This document shows positions 29,689 to 37,901 of a DNA stretch of 64,000 bases, piece by piece. Position 1 is the stretch's first letter; every line of letters begins with the position of its first letter. The translations under genes and the position numbers were made by a program. Source of the DNA: Flavobacteriales bacterium (GTDB taxonomy: Bacteria; Bacteroidota; Bacteroidia; Flavobacteriales_F; PHOS-HE28); assembly GCA_016788295.1 (NCBI GenBank), contig JAEUSY010000049.1, positions 44,010-108,009 on the forward strand. Reading direction: 5' to 3'. The notes beneath the pieces were generated by a model that did no database searches, had not been told where the DNA came from, and saw nothing but the letters and a program-made list of their open reading frames with translations.

Positions 29689-30545
29689 AAATCTCCCTCA
29701 TCACCGTCTGCCGCAACGTCGCCCCGGTCATTGCCGAGACGCTGGATAGCGTGTTCGCGCAAACGTACCCCGACATCGAGCTGATCGTGATCGATGGTGC
29801 CAGCACCGATGGCACGGTGGAGATACTGGAACGCTACAAGGCACTTCCGCAGGGTCTCCCGACGAAGGAGGGGACACTGAGCGATCCAGTCGCAGGGTCC
29901 CTTGCAGGAGACCCTGCGGAGGAAGCTGAACGATATCGCGCGTCATCCCGCAAACGCGGCATCGACATCCTCGTTAGCGAGCCGGACAAGGGCATCTACG
30001 ACGCCATGAACAAGGGGCTTGCGCGCGCCACTGGCGATATCATCGGTTTCGTGAACGCCGGCGACCTGTTGATGACCCCAAACGTCGTGGCCGATATCGT
30101 GTCCGCTTTTCAACGGTCGCACGCCGAGGCTGTTTATGGCGATATCATCATGGTGGATGAGCGCGACATCTTCAAAGTACACCGCACCTGGCTCAGCGGC
30201 ACCTACCACCGGGAGAACTTCCGCAAGGGCTGGATGCCACCGCACGTGGGCACTTTCATTCGCAAGAGCGTGTACGACCGGCACGGCCATTTCAACACCG
30301 CTCTGCGTATTGGGGCGGACTATGAGATCCTGTTACGTTTCCTGTACAAGCATCACGTACACACCATCCATTTGCGCGAGGTGCTCGTCCGGTTCAGGCT
30401 GGGGGGCATGAGCAACGGTAGCGTTCGCCACATCCTTCGGGCCAACCGCGAGGTGCGCCGCTCGTGGGCGCTGAACGGGCTCAAAGCGCCACCATTGCTC
30501 GTTACCCGCAAGCTGTGGAGCAAGGTAATGCAGTTCTTTCATTGA
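29685..30545 (+). CDS. Glycosyltransferase family 2 (WcaE-like) carrying an in-frame insertion
   Basis: MKISLITVC, IDGASTDGT, SEPDKGIYDAMNKG, FVNAGD, GWMPPH, ADYE. An extra 33-37 aa follows ERYK. Confidence 0.9.
   Translation: MKISLITVCRNVAPVIAETLDSVFAQTYPDIELIVIDGASTDGTVEILERYKALPQGLPTKEGTLSDPVAGSLAGDPAEEAERYRASSRKRGIDILVSEPDKGIYDAMNKGLARATGDIIGFVNAGDLLMTPNVVADIVSAFQRSHAEAVYGDIIMVDERDIFKVHRTWLSGTYHRENFRKGWMPPHVGTFIRKSVYDRHGHFNTALRIGADYEILLRFLYKHHVHTIHLREVLVRFRLGGMSNGSVRHILRANREVRRSWALNGLKAPPLLVTRKLWSKVMQFFH
29846..29920. repeat. Palindromic REP/MITE-like element inside the GT2 CDS
   Basis: Perfect 14-bp inverted repeat TCCGCAGGGTCTCC (29846-29859) / GGAGACCCTGCGGA (29907-29920), plus a partial copy of the left arm CGCAGGGTC at 29891-29899. 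Confidence 0.72.
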
Positions 30546-30597
30546 GCATGGTGCTGCGTCATTAGCCGGAAGCCCGACCCGCACTTACTTTGGGCTC

Positions 30598-31683
30598 ATG
30601 ATGTTTCGTCAGGCGCTATTGTTGTCCATCGTTGTCTTGCTCGCTGCCTGCCAGGAAAAGCGAGTGACCACCAAGCCCACCGTGGGACCGATCACTGCTG
30701 CGGTCTATGCATCGGGGGTGGTGAAGGCCCGCGACCAATACCAGGCCTTTGCAGCATTGAACGGCCTGGTGGCCCATGTGCACGTTGCCGCTGGTGATAG
30801 CGTCCGCAAGGGCGATGCCCTCTTCACCATTGATGACCGCGCCTCGAACCTGGGCAGCGAGCGTGCTGAGCTGACGGTGGACCTCATGCGACAGAACGCC
30901 GGTCCTGATTCACCGGTTTTGGCGCAATTGCGCTTGGCTATGGACCAAGCCCGCACGCGGATGAGCAACGATAGCCTGATGCTGGCGCGCCAACGTGCTT
31001 TGTGGGACAAGCAGGTGGGTAGTAAGGTGGAGCTCGATAACCGCGAACTGGCCTACACCAGTTCGCGCAACGCATTCGGGTCGGCGGTGAAAGCCTACGA
31101 CGAAACGAGGACCCGGCTGCGCAACGAACTGCGTGTGGCCGAGAATGAACTGGCCCTGCGCCGTGCTGCAGAGGGGGACCACACCGTGCGCAGCCTGATC
31201 GATGGGCGGGTGTACGACGTGCTGATCGAGCGCGGTGAACTGGCCACCACTCAACGACCGCTGGCCATTGTCGGTCGCTACGATTCGTTCCTGATCGAAC
31301 TGCAGGTGGACGAGTTCGACATTGTGCGCGTGCTACCCGGACAGAACGTGTGGGTGACCATGGACAGCTACAAACAGCGGGCGTTCGAGGCCACGGTGAC
31401 CCGCGTGGACCCGTTGATGAACGAACGTACGCGCACCTTCACGGTCGAGGCCGTCTTCGTTGAGCCGCCGCCCGTGCTCTACCCGAACCTCACCCTGGAG
31501 GCCAACATCGTTATCGAGCGCAAGGAGAGCGCACTGACCGTTCCTGCCGAATACCTCGTGCAGGATCGATACGTTCTCGTGGCTTCCGATGAGCGTCGGG
31601 AAGTGGTCATCGGACTCCGCGACCTTCAACGCGTGGAAGTGCTGAAAGGCCTGGATACCACGGTCACGCTCTACCATCCCTGA
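30598..31683 (+). CDS. Efflux RND/MacA-type periplasmic adaptor lipoprotein
   Basis: Lipobox LLAAC, lipoyl half-motifs (VAAGDSVRKGD; VRSLIDGRV), coiled coil, VDEFDIVRV.PGQ. Confidence 0.88.
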   Translation: MMFRQALLLSIVVLLAACQEKRVTTKPTVGPITAAVYASGVVKARDQYQAFAALNGLVAHVHVAAGDSVRKGDALFTIDDRASNLGSERAELTVDLMRQNAGPDSPVLAQLRLAMDQARTRMSNDSLMLARQRALWDKQVGSKVELDNRELAYTSSRNAFGSAVKAYDETRTRLRNELRVAENELALRRAAEGDHTVRSLIDGRVYDVLIERGELATTQRPLAIVGRYDSFLIELQVDEFDIVRVLPGQNVWVTMDSYKQRAFEATVTRVDPLMNERTRTFTVEAVFVEPPPVLYPNLTLEANIVIERKESALTVPAEYLVQDRYVLVASDERREVVIGLRDLQRVEVLKGLDTTVTLYHP

Positions 31684-31689
31684 CCGGCC

Positions 31690-32967
31690 ATGGCGTTCCG
31701 GCTGCTCCTCGGGATATCATCAACGCTGCTGCGGGCCAGGTTGCGCCAGAGCATCGTGGCCGCCGTGGGGGTCACCTTCAGCATCGCCATGTACATCGCC
31801 CTCAGCGGTTTCATGAACGGGTTGAACTCGTTGTTGGACGGTCTTATCCTGAACCGCACACCGCATATCAGGCTGTACAACGAGATACGCCCGGCGGACC
31901 AACAACCCTTGGAGCGTGCCTTCGAGTTGCACAGTGCAGCAGGCAACGGGACCGTGCATCACTTCATCAATCGCGTGAAGCCGAAAGGAGAGGAGGCTCG
32001 CGTGCGCAACGCCCTGGGCATCATGGACGCCCTGCGCAAGGACCCGCGCGTGTTGGGCATTGCCCCGAAAGTGGCCGCGCAGGTCATGTTCAACGTGGGC
32101 ACCATTGAAGTGAACGGGGCCGTGAACGGGATCGACCCCAAGGAGGAGGACCGGCTACTCCATTTCAGCGACTACCTGGTGAAGGGTACCGTGGCACAGC
32201 TGGCCAGCACCAACAACGGCATTGTGCTGGGCAAAGGACTGGCGGACAAGATGCAGGTGGGCATCGGCGATGTGGTGCAGGTCACTTCCATCCAAGGCGA
32301 TCGCACCATGCTGAAGGTGGTGGGCTTCTACCAGAGCGGCATGGCCGATTTCGACAACGTGCAGTGCTTTGCCACGGTGTCCACGGTGCAGAACCTCCTG
32401 GTGAAACCGCGGAATTACATCACCGACATACAGGTACGCCTGCACGATCTGGCGCAAGCACCGGCCATGGCACGCGAGTATGCCGCTCGTTTCGGCGTGG
32501 ATGCCATCGACATTCAAACGGCCAACGCCCAGTTCGAGACCGGTAGTGCGGTCCGCAACATCATCTCCTATGTCGTCAGCATCGTATTGCTGGTCGTTGC
32601 GGGCTTCGGTATCTACAACATCTTGAACATGCTTATCTACGAGAAGCTGGACAGCATCGCCATCCTGAAGGCCACCGGCTTCAGTGGGGGGGATGTGCGC
32701 ACCATATTCATCAACCTTTCGCTCATCATCGGGATCTGTGGCGGGCTGGTGGGGCTCCTTTTGGGCTGGCTATTGCAGTTGGCCATCGATCGTATTCCCT
32801 TCAAGTTCGACGCACTGCCCACCGTGACCACCTATCCTGTGGACTACGACCCGTTGTACCCCACCATCGGTATCCTGTTCGCGCTGGCCACCACCTTCAT
32901 AGCGGGTTGGTTCCCGGCACGCAAGGCCAGCCAGGTGGACCCTGTTGAGATCATCCGAGGAAAATGA
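31690..32967 (+). CDS. ABC transporter permease, FtsX/MacB/LolC-E family
   Basis: TM1, large periplasmic domain, VAGFGIYNILNM...AILKATGFSGGD, PARKASQVDPVEIIR. Confidence 0.9.
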   Translation: MAFRLLLGISSTLLRARLRQSIVAAVGVTFSIAMYIALSGFMNGLNSLLDGLILNRTPHIRLYNEIRPADQQPLERAFELHSAAGNGTVHHFINRVKPKGEEARVRNALGIMDALRKDPRVLGIAPKVAAQVMFNVGTIEVNGAVNGIDPKEEDRLLHFSDYLVKGTVAQLASTNNGIVLGKGLADKMQVGIGDVVQVTSIQGDRTMLKVVGFYQSGMADFDNVQCFATVSTVQNLLVKPRNYITDIQVRLHDLAQAPAMAREYAARFGVDAIDIQTANAQFETGSAVRNIISYVVSIVLLVVAGFGIYNILNMLIYEKLDSIAILKATGFSGGDVRTIFINLSLIIGICGGLVGLLLGWLLQLAIDRIPFKFDALPTVTTYPVDYDPLYPTIGILFALATTFIAGWFPARKASQVDPVEIIRGK

Positions 32968-33650
32968 GCAACGGTGATCCGGTAATCGAGACCCGCAAGG
33001 TCAGCAAGTACTTCCACGACCCGGTAACGGCGCAGGTGCTGAAGGAAGTGGACCTTGTGGTGAAGCGCGGAGAGTACGCGAGCATTGTGGGCAAGAGCGG
33101 CTGCGGCAAGAGCACGCTCATGTACATCCTCAGCACCATGGACACCGACTACGAGGGTGAACTCTACCTCGATGGCGAGCGTGTCACAGGCCTGTCGCAC
33201 GATCGATTGAGCCGGATCCGCAACGAGAAGATCGGCTTCGTGTTCCAGTTCCATTACCTGATCTCGGAGTTCAGTGTCTTGGACAACATCATCCTTCCAG
33301 GCCTGAAACTTGGCCGTTTCGAGCGCCCCGAATTGGAGGAACGGGCCATGGGCCACCTGCGCACCATGGGCATCGAACATCAGGCACGTAACATGGCCAA
33401 CCAGATCAGCGGGGGCGAAAAGCAGCGTGTGGCCATTGCACGGGCGCTCATCAACGATCCGCTCATCCTCATGTGCGATGAGCCCACCGGCAACCTCGAC
33501 AGCCGCAACAGCGCCATCGTGGAGGAGATCTTCAAGCGCATCGCAGCAGAACACCATCGCAGCCTTTTGGTGGTCACGCATGATGACGAACTGGCTGCCC
33601 GCACGGACCGCATCATCACCATGGATGATGGCCGCATCGTGGCGCTGTGA
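32964..33650 (+). CDS. ABC transporter ATP-binding protein (LolD/MacB-type)
   Basis: GKSGCGKST, ISGGEKQRVAIARAL, LMCDEPTGNLD, VVTHD. Confidence 0.93.
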   Translation: MSNGDPVIETRKVSKYFHDPVTAQVLKEVDLVVKRGEYASIVGKSGCGKSTLMYILSTMDTDYEGELYLDGERVTGLSHDRLSRIRNEKIGFVFQFHYLISEFSVLDNIILPGLKLGRFERPELEERAMGHLRTMGIEHQARNMANQISGGEKQRVAIARALINDPLILMCDEPTGNLDSRNSAIVEEIFKRIAAEHHRSLLVVTHDDELAARTDRIITMDDGRIVAL

Positions 33651-33798
33651 CCCAACCATCGGAATGGTCATTGAGCGGACGAGAAAGGGATTCGTCGAAG
33701 AAAAACGTGCTTTCGTCTTGACAAAAGTTTGAAACGGGGACATCTTGCGTCACTCTTCAGGGACAACGACCGCAACCCGCTAAACGCAAACGAACCCC

Positions 33799-33966
33799 AT
33801 GTGGCCTGTACAAACCCTGACCCTTCTGCTGTGCCTCACCGACGAGGAGCAACTCTTCGCCCAGCAATTGCCGACCATCCCCGACGCGGTGCGAACGGAA
33901 GTTGCAGCGCCCACCGAGACACCGGCCAACGAAGAGACCGCCTGCGAACCCTGGCCACAGGCCTGA
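33799..33966 (+). CDS. Putative 55-aa small acidic protein, not in the ORF track
   Basis: MWPVQTLTLLLCLTDEEQLFAQQLPTIPDAVRTEVAAPTETPANEETACEPWPQA*, with an A-rich leader, a promoter-like motif upstream and a strong hairpin downstream. Confidence 0.5.
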   Translation: MWPVQTLTLLLCLTDEEQLFAQQLPTIPDAVRTEVAAPTETPANEETACEPWPQA

Positions 33967-34001
33967 TGCGTTTTTGATCCGGTCACTGACCGACCGTAGC
34001 T

Positions 34002-34034
34002 GCACCCCGGCCCTTTGCCCGAAGGCCGGGGTGC
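34002..34034 (+). terminator. GC-rich hairpin closing the small-ORF unit
   Basis: GCACCCCGGCC...GGCCGGGGTGC 11-bp stem, with only a weak U tract. Confidence 0.55.
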
Positions 34035-34107
34035 TCTGCGTTCAGGGGCATTACTGTTCCGCGTTTGCGGGATCATGCTTTCTTTGAAGACCAACCATTA
34101 CCCACAC

Positions 34108-35730
34108 ATGTTCTCTTTCCACAACTACCGCCTTGGTCTGTTGGGGTGCGCATTCGCAGCGTGCCTTGGCTCAGAACAGCTTCTTGCCCAATCGAAGACC
34201 GAGCGCGCGGAAGTGAGCTGGGGTGATGCACGGGACATGAAGAAGCACGGTGCCTTCGGTGATGTCAGGCACAACACGGCCGACAAGGTCTTCATGATCG
34301 TGTATCGAAAGGGCGAGCCCTGGCTCCAGGTATGCAACACCGACCTGGTGATGATCGGCGAAATGGCGCTTCCGCTCAAGATGGGACGCGTGGAGCACGA
34401 CTGGGAGAAGTTGATGTTCCTGAAGGATAGGATCATCCTGTTCACCTCCGTCTATAAAAAGGACAAGAAGACGACCACCCTATATGCCCGGTCATACGAT
34501 GCCTCGGACCTGAGCACCATCAGGCCGACAGAAGAACTCCTGGTCATCCAAGGTGAATCAAAAAAAGACCGGGGCGGATTCCGGATCGAGACCGAAGCGG
34601 ACAGTAGCGGGTTCATGGTATGGGCGATCGGTGCCGGCCAGGGAGAGCATATGACGGTGATGAGCGATGTGAAGCACTATTCGCCCGAGATCGAACTGCT
34701 GCGTGAAGGTGAGGAGTGGTACGAACGACCATATCCGGCCGATGAGTATGACATTGAATCCTCCTATGTGGATAACGATGGCACGCGTTTCTGGGTGGTG
34801 CGCAAATACCCCGAGAAGAAGGAGACGAAGCAACGCAAACGGGAAGGCAAACCGACCTACAACATGGTATTGGTGGTCTACGACAAGGGCGTGGGCAAGC
34901 CGAAGCTGTACACTTTGGATGCAGGCGACCGCTTCCTACAGGACCTGCAAATGGTATTGGACGAGGACCGCAACGAGATCGTGTGCGCCGGTTTCTATGG
35001 CAACAAGGGTTCATGGAGCGTACGGGGAGCCTACGTCATGAAGCTCGACCGCACCACAAGGGCCATCAAACACCAGAACTACAAGGAGTTCGATCGCGAC
35101 TTCATCACCGCGTACATGACCGAGAAGGAAGAACGGAAGGCGACCAAACAGGCCGAGAAAAAAGGCGAGGAGCTAGAGATGTATGAGTACGATCTGGACG
35201 ATATCGTGCTGCGCGATGACGGAGGGGCCGTGCTAGTAGGAGAGATGTACAATTTCTACATCACCACCACCACCTCAACGGATTCCCAAGGCAGGATGGT
35301 CACAAGGTCCGTGTACCACTACGTGTACAACGATATAATCGCCATAAGCATCGATCCGAAGGGCGATATCGATTGGGCCGTGAAGATCCCCAAGCGTCAA
35401 CATACCACGAACGACGGCGGCTACTACAGTTCCTACGGGATGGTCGTGAAGGGCGAGAAGATCTACTTCGTGTTCAACGACAACGGAAAGAACCTCTTCG
35501 TGAAGGACGGGGACAAGATCGAACAGTTCGACCTGAAGGGAAAGGAGGCGCTGATCACCTTGGTCACGGTGGATGTTTCCGGGAGGGTGTTCCGGGAAGC
35601 CCTTTTGGCACCGGACAAACGCGATGCGATACTGCGCCCCAAGGAATGTGTGCAGATGGAGGACGACCGCATGTTCATCTACGCGGAACGGAAGAAGGAG
35701 TACCGTTTCGGCACGATCGCCTTCAAATAG
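34108..35730 (+). CDS. Secreted beta-rich hypothetical protein (propeller-like)
   Basis: Signal peptide, beta-strand-rich, strong coding bias. Start moved to MFSFHN. Confidence 0.8.
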   Translation: MFSFHNYRLGLLGCAFAACLGSEQLLAQSKTERAEVSWGDARDMKKHGAFGDVRHNTADKVFMIVYRKGEPWLQVCNTDLVMIGEMALPLKMGRVEHDWEKLMFLKDRIILFTSVYKKDKKTTTLYARSYDASDLSTIRPTEELLVIQGESKKDRGGFRIETEADSSGFMVWAIGAGQGEHMTVMSDVKHYSPEIELLREGEEWYERPYPADEYDIESSYVDNDGTRFWVVRKYPEKKETKQRKREGKPTYNMVLVVYDKGVGKPKLYTLDAGDRFLQDLQMVLDEDRNEIVCAGFYGNKGSWSVRGAYVMKLDRTTRAIKHQNYKEFDRDFITAYMTEKEERKATKQAEKKGEELEMYEYDLDDIVLRDDGGAVLVGEMYNFYITTTTSTDSQGRMVTRSVYHYVYNDIIAISIDPKGDIDWAVKIPKRQHTTNDGGYYSSYGMVVKGEKIYFVFNDNGKNLFVKDGDKIEQFDLKGKEALITLVTVDVSGRVFREALLAPDKRDAILRPKECVQMEDDRMFIYAERKKEYRFGTIAFK

Positions 35731-35816
35731 CGCGGGAACCCTGAGATAGATCAGGTCCTGTCCCGTTGCGAGAGAGGTACTTTGTGTTGGTCCTAGTAAG
35801 GGACTGCCCATCCGCC

Positions 35817-36275
35817 ATGGAACCCGTAGCGCACAAACGCAGCGTACTGAAAGCTGCCCGCACCCATCTGGAGAACTCCGCCGCCGAACTGCGTGAGCGT
35901 ATCACTGAGCTCAAGGCCGTGACCATCGGCGACGAGAACGCCGAGAGCGCCAGCCAGACCGAGAGCACACGTGGCTCCGATGTGGAACTGATGAACTCCT
36001 TGGGCGAGCAATTGGTGCATGTGCAACAGGAACTGGAGCGCATGAAGGCCGTGGAGGAGGCCGGGCCGATGAACACCGTTCAATATGGCGCCGTGGTGCA
36101 TACCGACCAACGCAATTTCCTCATTGCCACCAGTATCGATGAGTTCGATGCGGGCGGTTTCCGCTACCTCGGGGTAACGCCCAAGGCACCGGTGATCCAG
36201 GCCCTTTACGGCAAGAAGATGGGGGAGCAGGCCACCATCAACGGCGTTACCTACGCCATCATGTCCATCTTCTGA
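35817..36275 (+). CDS. Divergent GreA/GreB-like protein
   Basis: N-terminal coiled coil with acidic tip GDENAES, C-terminal VQYGAVV...TPKAPVIQALYGKKMGE...YAIMSI. Confidence 0.72.
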   Translation: MEPVAHKRSVLKAARTHLENSAAELRERITELKAVTIGDENAESASQTESTRGSDVELMNSLGEQLVHVQQELERMKAVEEAGPMNTVQYGAVVHTDQRNFLIATSIDEFDAGGFRYLGVTPKAPVIQALYGKKMGEQATINGVTYAIMSIF

Positions 36276-36329
36276 CCCTTCGTTCCATTTCCTTTGCAGG
36301 TGCAGGGTACACTAAGGCCCTGGACCAAC

Positions 36330-36872
36330 ATGGAATTGTATGACATCAGTGTCGGGGCGCGCGTGAAGCACCCGACCATGGGCGTTGGCGTGGTGTATGA
36401 CCTTGATGCACGCACCGTCCACGTGTTCTTCAAGGACCAAGGCGAACAGGCCATCAGCCGCAGCTTCGAAGGGTTGGTGGTGATCGCACCCGGTGTTGAG
36501 ATCGGCCAGGAACCGCTGGACCTCGAGCACGTGCGCGATGCCATCCGCGAGGTGCTGGAGGAGATGCAAATGCCCCAGCGCCCCGTTACCATGCACCCGC
36601 GCTACGAAGGCGGCATGCTGGAGATCAAGCCCAAGGATCCTTCGCTCAAGAGCAAGGAGGTACCGGTCGAGGACTTCTTCCACAAGATCGTCATGATCCG
36701 CGACCGTTTCAGGGTGCTGGAGCAGAAGATCAACGCGCACGATAAACTGAGCGAACAGGATAAGGTGGAACTACAGCAGTACATCACCCGCTGCTACGGT
36801 TCGCTCACCACCTTCAACATCCTCTTCGAGGACAAGGAGGACCATTTCGTGGGGCAGAAGGGCGATGCTTGA
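36330..36872 (+). CDS. Conserved hypothetical protein with N-terminal Tudor/SH3-like domain
   Basis: VGARVKHPTMGVGVV resembles the PcrA/UvrD C-terminal Tudor motif. C-terminal FFHKIVMIRDRFRVLEQKINAH...YITRCYGSLTTFN. Confidence 0.78.
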   Translation: MELYDISVGARVKHPTMGVGVVYDLDARTVHVFFKDQGEQAISRSFEGLVVIAPGVEIGQEPLDLEHVRDAIREVLEEMQMPQRPVTMHPRYEGGMLEIKPKDPSLKSKEVPVEDFFHKIVMIRDRFRVLEQKINAHDKLSEQDKVELQQYITRCYGSLTTFNILFEDKEDHFVGQKGDA

Positions 36873-36875
36873 GCC

Positions 36876-37610
36876 ATGAACTCATCCATGGTTTGTCTGG
36901 CGCTCCTTGCTGGGTGTTGGATCACTGGTTGTTCCCCCACTAAGACAGAGAAGGGAACCTCAACTGCTATGCCAGCCAATACCGAACTGTTCGGTCATCG
37001 TTTCCGGATCAAGGCAGATGTGGATGGCGACGGGTTGGCGGACACCTTGACCGAAGTGTACCATTCCCGCAGTCTGGGGCGCGAGGTGGCGAAGTACATA
37101 CAGGACATGCCGTATGACAGCCTGGTGGCCCGCACCTATGATCTGCAAGCGTTGGTGTTGATCCGCCATTCGAACGGCCATGTGGATACGCTGAGTGATC
37201 GTGGCTCCGGTTTCGGACTGGCCTTGCTGGTGAACGAAGGCGACCTGGACGGTGATGGAGGGGACGAGATCGGCTACGTGCTGGACAATGCGGACTGGTC
37301 GAACACCAACACCTACCGCGTGGCCACCTGGAAAAAGGGAGGCATGCTAGTGATGTTCACCTTCCCGATCTGGGATTGGCAATTACCCGACCTGCCCGAC
37401 ACCGAGCGGGAGTACGGGCTTATCGGGCAGACCGGTCGCAAGGTGCATGCCCCCATGGACAGCATGCCCGTGGTCGATCTGGTGATCCCCTTGCGGCCGG
37501 GTGCTGCGATGGTGATGGGCAATGTCGGGGACGCCACCTTGGACACCATGGAAGTGCGTTTCGCCGAAGGGGACTCCGTGCGATACATACGTCCCGTCGT
37601 TGGGCCTTGA
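36876..37610 (+). CDS. Hypothetical lipoprotein with DxDxDG calcium-binding loops
   Basis: Lipobox ITGC, DVDGDGLADT and DLDGDGGDEIG. Confidence 0.72.
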   Translation: MNSSMVCLALLAGCWITGCSPTKTEKGTSTAMPANTELFGHRFRIKADVDGDGLADTLTEVYHSRSLGREVAKYIQDMPYDSLVARTYDLQALVLIRHSNGHVDTLSDRGSGFGLALLVNEGDLDGDGGDEIGYVLDNADWSNTNTYRVATWKKGGMLVMFTFPIWDWQLPDLPDTEREYGLIGQTGRKVHAPMDSMPVVDLVIPLRPGAAMVMGNVGDATLDTMEVRFAEGDSVRYIRPVVGP

Positions 37611-37647
37611 CTTTTCCACCATCCGTTGCAATGCCTGGCGATAGCCT

Positions 37648-37655
37648 TACTTTCG
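37648..37655 (+). promoter_or_regulatory. -7 element upstream of the 6S-like RNA
   Basis: TACTTTCG (TAnnTTYG). Confidence 0.55.
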
Positions 37656-37699
37656 TGCCGTTGCTCCGTTCTTTCTCAGCCGTGTGCTGATCATCGTAC

Positions 37700-37887
37700 A
37701 GCCCACACAGGCCATAAGTCTCAGAACCAACATTTCTTGCTCAGGGTCGGAAGATCCAAAGGGCAAAGGCGGGCCGCGCATCACCTTCGGGCGATGATCC
37801 TTCGGGACAACGCGGATTACTGACCCCTTTCTGTCCGATCCGCTCATGTGATCCATGGGTTCTTTGTACTTCGGTCCTGTGTGGGCT
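37700..37887 (+). ncRNA. ssrS: Probable 6S RNA (rod-shaped ncRNA, 188 nt)
   Basis: Perfect 12-bp closing stem AGCCCACACAGG/CCTGTGTGGGCT. Nested pairings AAGT/ACTT, AGAACC/GGTTCT, a central bubble, TCGGA/TCCGA, AAAGGG/CCCTTT, CCGCG/CGCGG, two cUUCGg apical loops and a 7-T tract at the 3' end. Confidence 0.75.
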
Positions 37888-37901
37888 TTTTTTGTCCTGC
37901 C

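Noticed and set aside
37660-37900. preQ1 riboswitch upstream of queE
   Set aside because: No short stem plus A-rich tail of preQ1-I and no preQ1-II/III pattern. End-to-end pairing over 188 nt fits a rod-shaped RNA better.
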